Source of the DNA: a virus
DNA: 64,000 nt
Strand: one strand, 5' to 3'
IMG/VR virus record: IMGVR_UViG_3300013132_000025
Location: 32,001-96,000 of that record
Positions within the stretch are counted from its first letter, which is position 1, and each line of letters starts with the position of its first letter. The position numbers and the translations under genes were made by a program. Shown here piece by piece: positions 20,473-29,231 of this stretch. The notes below the pieces were generated by a model, which was not told the DNA's origin, did not search any database, and was given only the letters and a program-made list of their open reading frames with translations.

Positions 20473-20760
20473 TTAAATAACTAGTTCTGCAACAGTGTAT
20501 GGTGCTGAGTTTGTCGCAGTCTTAACATACATAGGTCCGGTGTATCCCCAGATTTCCACAGTAGTCGTTCCTCCCGCAACATACAATGCGCTTCCACCAG
20601 CGACTTGTGCTGATGAAAAACCATAATATAGACCGGCTGTGCCCGTTTGGATATAAAGGTGTTGTCTATCCTTCTCAGCATCAACAGCAAGACTTGTTGC
20701 TGTTCCGGCAGTTCCTAATGTAACTGTACCAGATCTAGTTCTATTAATGTGTGAACTCAT
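20473..20760 (-). CDS. Small Gly/Thr-rich virion protein
   Basis: 95 aa beta-rich, in head operon. Confidence 0.5.
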   Translation of the reverse strand: MSSHINRTRSGTVTLGTAGTATSLAVDAEKDRQHLYIQTGTAGLYYGFSSAQVAGGSALYVAGGTTTVEIWGYTGPMYVKTATNSAPYTVAELVI

Positions 20761-20761
20761 A

Positions 20762-21208
20762 TTAAATTCCCAGTTCGGCGCTTACTTCTTCAGAATTTCC
20801 TTCAATTCGAAGTTCTGAGAGAGTCTTGCCATCTCCGGCGTCGGGGCGGCTTCCCGTAACTCTCTCTGACCCAGCAAATCCAGCAGTGTCAATCGGAACG
20901 CGAATAGCATCCTGCTCAATTTCCATCTCAACGGGGAGTTTCTTTTCCTCGCCCTTGCTGTCAACATGAAAAATTTCCCGTTGCTTTGCCTGCTTAACTG
21001 GCTCATGCCACTTAGCAGTAATTCTTTCTTGATACTGTGGCTTTGTGATTTCCTCAACTAATAGCCCAACTGAAGGAGCAAACTTTGCGCTTTGAAACTG
21101 CTCCTCTGAAATCTCAGCAACATCTCGGTCTCCACGGGGACCAAGATTAACATCTGCAATTCTTACTGCATTTGGTGTGAGATTTCTAATGTATCTTACC
21201 TTTGCCAT
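20762..21208 (-). CDS. Hypothetical protein downstream of major capsid gene
   Basis: 148 aa with AAGGAGA RBS. Confidence 0.6.
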   Translation of the reverse strand: MAKVRYIRNLTPNAVRIADVNLGPRGDRDVAEISEEQFQSAKFAPSVGLLVEEITKPQYQERITAKWHEPVKQAKQREIFHVDSKGEEKKLPVEMEIEQDAIRVPIDTAGFAGSERVTGSRPDAGDGKTLSELRIEGNSEEVSAELGI

Positions 21209-21243
21209 ATTTTCTTTCTCCTTAGCCTTACTTTAAAGTAAAA

Positions 21244-21275
21244 TAGGGGGGATGATAAACTACCATCCCCCCTAC
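21244..21275 (-). terminator. Intrinsic terminator after major capsid gene
   Basis: TAGGGGGGATG...CATCCCCCCTA inverted repeat followed by a T-run on the minus strand. Confidence 0.7.
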
Positions 21276-21316
21276 TGTATCAGACTTCTAAAATATTATC
21301 AAGCAATTTACTGAGA

Positions 21317-22303
21317 TTAAGCCTTGACAATCTTGGCAAGACCTCTGGGGTTGAGGATAAGCATTCCGATCAACTCATCCATTACCCAACCACGGTAGAA
21401 CTGCTCAACTTGGTTGTTCTCTTCTACGTCAAGTGAGTACATGACGGGCATGACACCCAAGAAATTGGGGTCTGGGACTAGGTATACATGACCGGGTGAA
21501 ATCATGATTGACTTCTGAATGGTGAACTCACCAAATTCAGTAATCATTCCACCACCGAATACGGTGTCCTTGAACTGCCAACCAGTTACGTTAATGTCCC
21601 ATGAGTAGAGGTCACGAACGTCAGCGGGATTCATAAGAATACGCTTGGTTTCGATTTGACGCTGCTCTAGGTTAGCAACTAGGTCGTAGAAGTCAACAAC
21701 TTCAAGAGGATTACCTGCACCAATTGACTTGGTGGTTGAACCAGTTCCGCCTGCACCAGCATAGCGGTTTGGTTCCTTGGCAGCCCAGTCAGTTACGGCG
21801 GTGTCAAGTAGAGTCAGGAGGCGTGAGTCCTCTTGACGCTGAATGGCTTGACGACACTCATCTTGGGCGTACTCAATAGCGTTTACACGCAAGTAGTATA
21901 GATCTTCCTTGCGAACGCGGGGGAACGCGGCGACCCTGAAGAGTCGTGGGTAGACCTGCTTACCTTCGAAGGGAGTGATCTTGATTTCTGAGTCAGTCTG
22001 GTTAAGAACGTAAGCCTGTCCAAAGTCATCAAGAACGTCGTAAGGCAAGAGTGGACCCTTTTCCAAGGTGTCTTCTACAAGCACGTTACGGACGATACCT
22101 TCGTAACGAAGACGAATCTGAATTGGACCAATCATGGCAACACCCAGACGCTTCATAGCGTTGGACTTGTCTGAAAGAATGGTCTGTAGTTTAGCCTTCT
22201 TTTGTTCATTTGTTAGTTTTGGCATACCAGCAAGTTTTTGAACGTAGTCATTGCTGTTAATTGCCTGTCTTGCTTCATCCATTATCATACTCTCCTTAGA
22301 CAC
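21317..22303 (-). CDS. Major capsid protein
   Basis: 328 aa; MIGPIQIRLRYEGIVRNVLVED, EIKITPFEGK, GWVMDELIGMLILNPRGL; follows protease/scaffold and decoration genes; terminator follows. Confidence 0.88.
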   Translation of the reverse strand: MSKESMIMDEARQAINSNDYVQKLAGMPKLTNEQKKAKLQTILSDKSNAMKRLGVAMIGPIQIRLRYEGIVRNVLVEDTLEKGPLLPYDVLDDFGQAYVLNQTDSEIKITPFEGKQVYPRLFRVAAFPRVRKEDLYYLRVNAIEYAQDECRQAIQRQEDSRLLTLLDTAVTDWAAKEPNRYAGAGGTGSTTKSIGAGNPLEVVDFYDLVANLEQRQIETKRILMNPADVRDLYSWDINVTGWQFKDTVFGGGMITEFGEFTIQKSIMISPGHVYLVPDPNFLGVMPVMYSLDVEENNQVEQFYRGWVMDELIGMLILNPRGLAKIVKA

Positions 22304-22844
22304 TCAACAGTTCGATTACGATCTTGCTAGCACTTACATAGTCAATAAGTCTTGCAACGGCTACGCCAGAATCTACGGCTGAGTCGTTGAGCAGACCGTT
22401 AGCGTCAGCATATAGTTTACGATTTGCATCAGTGTCCTCGTCTGCTGAGGTAATGTTTGAGTTGAAAGCGGGTGAAAGAACTTCAAAGACGGCTGCTGGC
22501 CCACGCCATACACCGACTTCAGTAAAGTCACCAACTTCATCAAAATCACCACCGATGAAGTTACCAAATAACCCGAATGGGGAAAGGGACGTTCCACCGA
22601 CACTTACACACACTACTTCGCCAGCGGGGGCGAGAGCGGCGACCATACCGGGGAAGATAGGTCCGTTTCCAGCAGTTCCGGGAGCAGTTCCTGAACCTTT
22701 TGCAAAGGTTCCGGTGCTAGTACCAGCAGTACCGTAAGTGTTTGCAGATAGGACGGCGGCGTAAGGATACGCTTGAGTCTGAGCATACAAAGCACGGAGG
22801 GTACGTTGCTGATTTGCTGCTGAAATATTTTGAATTCGAAGCAT
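22296..22844 (-). CDS. Capsid decoration/cement protein
   Basis: IFPGMVAAL, PFGLFGNFIGG, EVGVWRG; immediately upstream of MCP. Confidence 0.65.
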   Translation of the reverse strand: MLRIQNISAANQQRTLRALYAQTQAYPYAAVLSANTYGTAGTSTGTFAKGSGTAPGTAGNGPIFPGMVAALAPAGEVVCVSVGGTSLSPFGLFGNFIGGDFDEVGDFTEVGVWRGPAAVFEVLSPAFNSNITSADEDTDANRKLYADANGLLNDSAVDSGVAVARLIDYVSASKIVIELLSV

Positions 22845-22914
22845 TTAAATCTTCCTCCTAAAAACCTTTTGAATTAAAATTCTCACAAATTGAGAACTGG
22901 TTACTACTTAAAAA

Positions 22915-25389
22915 TTAGTTAAAGATCGCGTCGTCTGGAACGACACCAGCGTTTGAAGATGCTGAAGATTCCTTAACACCCTTGAAGGATGGGAAACCAG
23001 CCAACTTCTTAGCAGGAGCCTCTTTCTTTCCAAGTCCAGCCTCTTTAATCTTTACTAAAGTCTCGTACTTGGCCTCAACAATTGAGGGTTCTTCGTTTTC
23101 TAACTCAGCGACTCTTGCATACTTCATTTCCGCCTCGTTAAGACCTAATTCAACTTCTAGGTCTGCGAGTTTAATTGCAGAAAGCACCGCAGATTCGCGG
23201 CCCTTACCCGGCAATTGTGCGTGATGTTCTGAAATACCCTTAGTACCACCCTCGTCTGAGAACTGAGGCTTTTCAACCTCTTTCTTGACTGGAGCATATT
23301 GCTCAGGCATGGTCTCTGGGTTGTGATTCTTAATATCTTTTGTATTACCCTCGTCGGCGTACTGTGGTTGTTCAACTTCCTTCTTTACACTCTGGTACTG
23401 TTCAGCCTGTGTTCCGGGCTGGTGTTCAGCAATGTCAGAAGACTCGTTGTTTTTGTCACCCTTAAATTGTGGGGTGCTTTCTCCACCGTTCGGTTGAGTA
23501 AGTCCGGGTAATTCACCAAGAGCAACCTTGGTAGCACTTTCTACTGGCTTAGTCTGGTCAGAAATTACCTTTTCGCCCTTTGGACGATCTGACGCAGGCT
23601 TACCGTCGTCTACCAGCGGAGTTGCACTTGAAGAAGCGCTTGATTCCTTTTCAGGAACAGTCCAACCAAGTTCGGCTAGATATTCATCGCCGGGGACTTC
23701 TTCAACATCTGCCGCAAGTGTTATATTTGCTTGTTTAGTATTCATCGTACTATTAACACTCCGTATTTCATTCTTTGATAGTGTTTTTTTCAATCTATCA
23801 ATAAGGCTTTTGGTATCAGACCTGAACTCTTCTTTGTTTTGTTCTTTCTTACGATCAAACGCCTTAGCCTTTGATAAATCTGGATCTGCTAATGGTGCGG
23901 GAGGTTCCTGATATCCACACTTTTCACATCTACCAGACTCATCATCTAAACCACATTCCCCGGCAAGCCCGTTTGGACAAGGTTTATCACCTTTCAATGT
24001 ATCAATCTTGCTAGGTGCAGTAATAGACTCCCCATATTTTTCTGTATTCATACTCGAACTTCTTTCACATGGAGATTTATCAAAATTATCCTCTAAACTT
24101 TGTGTTTCGGTATTCGCTGCTTTTAAGTTATCAGTTCCATTAACGGCAGTTTCTATACCATCTTCGTAGGCTTTCATATATTTATGCATATTTGCATTAT
24201 AAGGCTCTACTCCTAAATATTCTGCCATCTTAACAGAATCAAATTCAGGCACTTCTACGGGGCTATAGTGATAAGATTCTCCAGCATGGAAAGCCCTTTT
24301 AATCAAATCATTTTCTACATATCCAACCTTAGCGATCTTTGCTTGGATACCAACTTGATTTAACCACTCTTTATCTTGTCCGGTAATATTACTAGTGGGA
24401 AGCAATGAGGTCGCCTCCACTTCGGTTTGACCACCATCGTCCCATTGTACCTTGTAAGTTTTAAAAGAATCCCCATATTCGTCAGAATTAAGTTCTTCAA
24501 CATATTTAACAACGCCTTCTTTGCCAGATTCGGCTTCTTTAACTTTTTCTCCAACAGAAAAATCTGTCGTTTCCACCGCAGCGTGCTTAACCACAGGTTC
24601 TGTGAATAAAGCGGTCACATCTGCGGGATCAAATACAGCCGAAATCTCAAAAAAGTTGACATTATAGCAATCTTCATAGGCTAACTTGTCAATGCTTCCA
24701 GTTTTAAACGTTGTTCCTTTTTTCTTTATGTGGCTACAATAATCTTCTACCGTAGCCGCCTTGTGATTACAGATAGAACAAAGAGTATGTTCAACATTAC
24801 ATCCCATAGAAACTGCGTTTACTTTTCCATCAAACAGGGCTTTGGCTAGTTTGGGAAAAGATTTTCCATCAATTTCAAGTAATAATTCAATCCATGTTTC
24901 TGGTTTGTGATTATTTGGGGCACTTGACCAATATGAATCCGAGGCCAGTCTTTGAGGATTTTCAATATGAAGCATTGCATCAACAACAACACCTCTTGCT
25001 CTTTGCGGATCTGAATTATTGTGATCAATAAAAACAGGCCTTCCCACAAAGGTTCTGAACCCGTAATCGCCTTTAGACTTAATTTCAGCACTATCGCCAG
25101 TAAAGGTTAACTTACTTATTCCGCCAGTCTCTGAAGTCTTGGCTAGTTTTGAAACAACTTCTCTGAAATCTGTCTCATCCATTCCAGCAAGTTCGTTGAC
25201 AGGCCAACCATCAAAATTCTTATTGACCCGAGAAGAAATAGCACGAACTTTTACATAAATATACCCATCTCCAGTGCGGTAAGTGTTTTTTGGAATGTGA
25301 TCAAAAGAAGATAGTTTTGCACCACCTTCAATTTTCTCATCGGCACTTTTTACTTCAATTACTTCACAATTGGTATATTTAGTTAGCAT
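22915..25389 (-). CDS. Prohead protease fused to scaffolding region
   Basis: NKNFDGW, FVGRPVFIDHNN..ARGVVVDA, VSMGC..CSIC..CSH, FFEISAVFDPAD; acidic low-complexity C-terminal half. Confidence 0.75.
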   Translation of the reverse strand: MLTKYTNCEVIEVKSADEKIEGGAKLSSFDHIPKNTYRTGDGYIYVKVRAISSRVNKNFDGWPVNELAGMDETDFREVVSKLAKTSETGGISKLTFTGDSAEIKSKGDYGFRTFVGRPVFIDHNNSDPQRARGVVVDAMLHIENPQRLASDSYWSSAPNNHKPETWIELLLEIDGKSFPKLAKALFDGKVNAVSMGCNVEHTLCSICNHKAATVEDYCSHIKKKGTTFKTGSIDKLAYEDCYNVNFFEISAVFDPADVTALFTEPVVKHAAVETTDFSVGEKVKEAESGKEGVVKYVEELNSDEYGDSFKTYKVQWDDGGQTEVEATSLLPTSNITGQDKEWLNQVGIQAKIAKVGYVENDLIKRAFHAGESYHYSPVEVPEFDSVKMAEYLGVEPYNANMHKYMKAYEDGIETAVNGTDNLKAANTETQSLEDNFDKSPCERSSSMNTEKYGESITAPSKIDTLKGDKPCPNGLAGECGLDDESGRCEKCGYQEPPAPLADPDLSKAKAFDRKKEQNKEEFRSDTKSLIDRLKKTLSKNEIRSVNSTMNTKQANITLAADVEEVPGDEYLAELGWTVPEKESSASSSATPLVDDGKPASDRPKGEKVISDQTKPVESATKVALGELPGLTQPNGGESTPQFKGDKNNESSDIAEHQPGTQAEQYQSVKKEVEQPQYADEGNTKDIKNHNPETMPEQYAPVKKEVEKPQFSDEGGTKGISEHHAQLPGKGRESAVLSAIKLADLEVELGLNEAEMKYARVAELENEEPSIVEAKYETLVKIKEAGLGKKEAPAKKLAGFPSFKGVKESSASSNAGVVPDDAIFN

Positions 25390-25397
25390 TAATTACC

Positions 25398-25655
25398 TCA
25401 AATCGCCGTTCCTGATTGAACTTCAATCTTTTCGTTTTGATAACGATAAAGTGCTGTTCCGTTTGAATGTTCAAATAACTGAGAAAAAGTATCCTGAGTT
25501 TGATAAGAAAGTTGTTTAATTAAAGCAATTGCAGCACGCTCTTGCTTTTCGGGAAGATGCATTCCTTCTATTACAGAACACATTTTGCCTCTCAAACTAT
25601 TCATTTCTCTTATTGCGAATTCAGACGCAGGAACCCAGTCGTTTCTTTGAATCAT
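25398..25655 (-). CDS. Hypothetical protein
   Basis: 85 aa ORF in tight operon arrangement. Confidence 0.5.
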   Translation of the reverse strand: MIQRNDWVPASEFAIREMNSLRGKMCSVIEGMHLPEKQERAAIALIKQLSYQTQDTFSQLFEHSNGTALYRYQNEKIEVQSGTAI

Positions 25656-25656
25656 A

Positions 25657-26250
25657 TTACTTTTTTAGTTTTGCAACGAAACTGTCTTTGGTTTCTGATA
25701 CGCTTGCAATCTTGTAACCTTCAAAAGAGGCGTCAAATGAAATAAGTTCTTCAACTTCAGCAGTAGCAGAGGCTAGAGTTAAGCCATCTTCTTTTTCTCT
25801 TTCAAGATCCATTTCTTCACCCTCATCGCCCTCTTCGTCCTCTGGGCCAAAATCGGGGCGAACCTCGTCTTCATTTCCTTCAGATTCTTTGATTTGAGCA
25901 ACAAGGTCTTCAACCTTGTCTAGAGCGTCTTGAAGTTGTCCCATAAGTCTTTCTTGCTTACCCTCTTCTGCTTCATACGCAGTGTCAGGCTCGTCATCTG
26001 CTCCGGGAGAAAAAATTTCATCCGGTGCCGTTTCGTCCATTCCCATTTCATCCATTGCCATTTCTTTAGCAGGGATTTCATCTTGAACATTCTGATTTTG
26101 GTATGCTTCTCTTTGAATAAAAGCAATCCAACCAGTGTTTGATTCTTTTAGACCGCGCACCTCATATTCTGGGTAGGCTTGGCGGAAAGTGTTTAGCGCT
26201 TCATCATATGAGGCTTCTCCCTCAATGCGAGCAATTGCGGTTTTATACAT
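25657..26250 (-). CDS. Acidic head-associated protein, hypothetical
   Basis: Very acidic, AAGGAG RBS, carries K-x-A motifs (YKTA, YKIA). Confidence 0.55.
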   Translation of the reverse strand: MYKTAIARIEGEASYDEALNTFRQAYPEYEVRGLKESNTGWIAFIQREAYQNQNVQDEIPAKEMAMDEMGMDETAPDEIFSPGADDEPDTAYEAEEGKQERLMGQLQDALDKVEDLVAQIKESEGNEDEVRPDFGPEDEEGDEGEEMDLEREKEDGLTLASATAEVEELISFDASFEGYKIASVSETKDSFVAKLKK

Positions 26251-26307
26251 AAAAACTCCTTGTTCTATCTGTAACCATTTATTATTTAATAGGAAAGATT
26301 TAAAACC

Positions 26308-26445
26308 CTAGGGTTTCTTCGGCTTTTCCTTTTTTAATTCTTGATTTTCTTCTTCTAACTTTTGAATATAACTTTCTAAATTTAGAATAGATAATTGTAA
26401 CTGTCCAATCAAAACTGCTATTTTTTCCAGACTTAGGTGTTCCAT
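26308..26445 (-). CDS. Small coiled-coil protein (possible fibre chaperone)
   Basis: Hand translation, 45 aa MEHLSLEKIAVLIGQLQLSILNLESYIQKLEEENQELKKEKPKKP, below the ORF-track cut-off. Confidence 0.55.
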   Translation of the reverse strand: MEHLSLEKIAVLIGQLQLSILNLESYIQKLEEENQELKKEKPKKP

Positions 26446-26454
26446 TTACTAACC

Positions 26455-27183
26455 TTATGTTTTGATTATATATTGTAACGTCATGTACGGAGGATTGTTA
26501 GAACCAGTTTGCCCCGTTCCAGCGGCTCCAGTATCGTTAGTTGAAGGAGCGCCCGTGTTGGCAGAAGAGGGGGTTCCCGTACTACCTACAGAAGCCCCAC
26601 CTGTTGATCCGTTTAGATTTGGAATATAAATAGGATGATAATGATTAAATGCAGCGTGCGTACTGAGAGATTTAACTAAGTAAAAATTTTTAGGGGCATT
26701 TTGGGCACCCACATCTTCTACCGCCTGTCTTGCTGCTTCAGGATTTGTGTAAACCCCGCCACCGGAAGTGTTTATAACCGTTCCACTTACAGTAACTCCG
26801 TGAGTGTGTTCCATTCCGTGGGTGTGATTTTGCATTGAATGGGTGTGATTCCCCATATTGTGAGTGTGAGAGGGACCAGAGTGAGTGTGATCAAAACTTC
26901 CCCCGGTTACACCAACGGCAGTTCCAGATGCTGTTGTGCCAAATCCAAGGATCATTCTTCTTCTCAGGTCGGGGACACCGAATGCAGATCCCGAACCACC
27001 ATAAGTTGTTCCAATTGCGGCAAAAAGATTTGGATAAGTTGCAGTTCCATAACTTTCTCCATTACAGAAAAGCCATCCTGTTGGGGGAGTTGTTGCGGTT
27101 CCACCATAGGGCATTATAATTCCAGACGGCAGGTAGAAAGATTCTCTCGGTTCGTCTGATAGAATATCACCAAAATCTGCCAT
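26455..27183 (-). CDS. Tail fibre protein with phage tail-collar domain
   Basis: PSGIIMPYGG..PTGWLFCNG..YPNLFAAIGTTYG..FGVPDLR, HxH repeats, NNPPYMTLQYIIK. Confidence 0.85.
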   Translation of the reverse strand: MADFGDILSDEPRESFYLPSGIIMPYGGTATTPPTGWLFCNGESYGTATYPNLFAAIGTTYGGSGSAFGVPDLRRRMILGFGTTASGTAVGVTGGSFDHTHSGPSHTHNMGNHTHSMQNHTHGMEHTHGVTVSGTVINTSGGGVYTNPEAARQAVEDVGAQNAPKNFYLVKSLSTHAAFNHYHPIYIPNLNGSTGGASVGSTGTPSSANTGAPSTNDTGAAGTGQTGSNNPPYMTLQYIIKT

Positions 27184-27184
27184 A

Positions 27185-27979
27185 TTATGCTCCTAAGATT
27201 CCATTATTTTTAAGATCATTGATCAAATTGCCAAGAACATCTGCGACTTCATAAAGCGAAACCGACTCAGCATCGTAAGTTTTTACACCCGGAGTTACGT
27301 TAGACACATTCCATCCAGTTGATGATGGAGAACCTAGAGATACAGATCCTGAAATAACAACATTTGCATCAATTGTCAACTCTGCGCTTCCAGATCTAAA
27401 TATAGAAGCATCTTCAATAGCGGTTCCGCTGCCCCAGCCAAGATATCCCTCAGAAGTTACAAGGAAAGTTGGGACAGTACCGGCAGAACTTGTAACTGTT
27501 AACGCCGTGCCTCCTGCGTTTCTGTTAATAGAAAAAAGACCATTTGTATCAAGTTTATTTGTCGCAGAGTTTGTTGCAATTAAATTAACCGTTCCGCTTA
27601 AAAATTGAACGCTGCCGCTTGCAACTCTAAAAGCACTATCTGTGGCAAGCATCGAAGTTCCGGCTCGGTAAAGATTTGTATCTGGAGCAGCGCTTCCGCT
27701 TCCCCAACTTGCGGTTCCTCCCGCAACAACTCTAAACCTATCTTGAGTATCTGCGGTTCCAAACCTTACAGTCAAAACAGAATCTGAAGCATTTACTGTT
27801 CCTAAAAAGCGAACTTGTTCTGCTTCATCTCCAGAAGCCCCCCAACTTTTCTTTAAAAGTTCAGAATCAATAATATCCCAGTTGGTGTATAACTGAGTGT
27901 GATTATAAAGATCTGATCCGTCTTGCCACGCATACAGATTTAATTGTGGCGTAAATTCAGCAACTCCAGCGGTGCCCAT
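27185..27979 (-). CDS. Fibre/minor structural protein
   Basis: Two copies of WGSG(S/T)A..D...(Y/F)R.G; TPQLNL..NWDIID anchor-like N-terminus. Confidence 0.55.
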   Translation of the reverse strand: MGTAGVAEFTPQLNLYAWQDGSDLYNHTQLYTNWDIIDSELLKKSWGASGDEAEQVRFLGTVNASDSVLTVRFGTADTQDRFRVVAGGTASWGSGSAAPDTNLYRAGTSMLATDSAFRVASGSVQFLSGTVNLIATNSATNKLDTNGLFSINRNAGGTALTVTSSAGTVPTFLVTSEGYLGWGSGTAIEDASIFRSGSAELTIDANVVISGSVSLGSPSSTGWNVSNVTPGVKTYDAESVSLYEVADVLGNLINDLKNNGILGA

Positions 27980-28018
27980 TCAAATCTCCTCAGAGTGTTG
28001 TTCTTTTATTAAATACCG

Positions 28019-28423
28019 CTAAACCCATTTTTCATGATTATCTTTTATAACATAACCATTTTGTTCATACTTGTCATGTATTTTCTTGCAAATTCTTTCT
28101 GCTGAATCGCTTGCCAAGACAAAGGGTGTCCCAAAGAAGTAGTGACTGTTCTGGAATTCCTTACAACTTACTTCGGCTAGCCATTCTTCAGACACCATGC
28201 TGAATTTATCTACTATCTCGTTCTGGAAAAATTCTTTGATATCTTCATCTTTAAAGAATTGTAAGATATAATGATCATCATTATGATCAGATACTGCAAT
28301 GACCCCAACGGCAACTAAATGATCCTCCTGAGTGGGATACCTTGCATAGATTGTTGAGTAAGTATATCTTTTGTCAATGTCAACTGGGGGAAAATAACAA
28401 AAGAACTCCTCACTCGCAGACAT
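28019..28423 (-). CDS. Hypothetical protein
   Basis: 134 aa ORF abutting the GT2 gene. Confidence 0.5.
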   Translation of the reverse strand: MSASEEFFCYFPPVDIDKRYTYSTIYARYPTQEDHLVAVGVIAVSDHNDDHYILQFFKDEDIKEFFQNEIVDKFSMVSEEWLAEVSCKEFQNSHYFFGTPFVLASDSAERICKKIHDKYEQNGYVIKDNHEKWV

Positions 28424-28424
28424 T

Positions 28425-29195
28425 TTATAGCCAATCTTCTTCTACATATTCTCTCATTAGGCGCTCCTCCCAATTTTCTCCCAGTTCTTCAGAAAGAGCC
28501 TTTTGCATTGAATGTCTTGCCAGACGAGTTCTTTCTGCGGGATCTGCTTCAGGAGCGCGGCCCAATTCAAACATATTGTTATTGTGCCGATGCATTTCTA
28601 AACCTTCGTGAATGTAAATACCACGACCATCTCTGCGGGCTTGCCATGAATAATATAGATCAGTTCCATGTATGTGGAGGCGAGGATCTAGCCAATCAAC
28701 TGAGTCAAACCAGTCTGCTCTAAACAGGGCGCATGAGTGTTCCATCATCCATGTACGTCTTGGAGCATCAGCGCCTCGGCTGCGAAGATGTTGCCAAAAG
28801 CCAATTGATTCTTCATCGTGGGCTGCTTGTATTATAACGGCATTTTCATCTTCTTGCAAGTAGTTGTATAAAGGAAGAAGAGGATCTGTTCCATCATTCA
28901 TAAGTTGCCCAGTTGTGGTCATTATAAAGTAGGCAAAATACTTTTCATCATTAAGGGCTTCTAATGATTTAACATATGCCAAGCCCATTCGATATCCGTG
29001 AGTGGCCCTAAGATTATAATCTAAATAAACCATGTGGATATCTTCATCATCGGGAACAAACATCCACTCTTCGTCTGAGCCATTTTCAACAACGACGATA
29101 TCCATGGGGACTTCTGAGGTGTTCAACACCCGGATATTATGCTCAATAATTTCTGGCATATTATAATTCAACATAACTACTGCAATTTTTTGCAA
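28425..29195 (-). CDS. Glycosyltransferase, GT2-like
   Basis: IAVVMLNYN, IVVVENGSD, HGTDLYYSWQAR motifs. Confidence 0.75.
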   Translation of the reverse strand: MQKIAVVMLNYNMPEIIEHNIRVLNTSEVPMDIVVVENGSDEEWMFVPDDEDIHMVYLDYNLRATHGYRMGLAYVKSLEALNDEKYFAYFIMTTTGQLMNDGTDPLLPLYNYLQEDENAVIIQAAHDEESIGFWQHLRSRGADAPRRTWMMEHSCALFRADWFDSVDWLDPRLHIHGTDLYYSWQARRDGRGIYIHEGLEMHRHNNNMFELGRAPEADPAERTRLARHSMQKALSEELGENWEERLMREYVEEDWL

Positions 29196-29231
29196 TTTAA
29201 ACTCCTAACTTTGTTTTATTTTATCAAATTT

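Noticed and set aside
15200-28015. Late promoter consensus (TAATA/TAAATA-like) in intergenic gaps of the structural region
   Set aside because: AT-rich background and too few aligned positions to support a consensus by eye.
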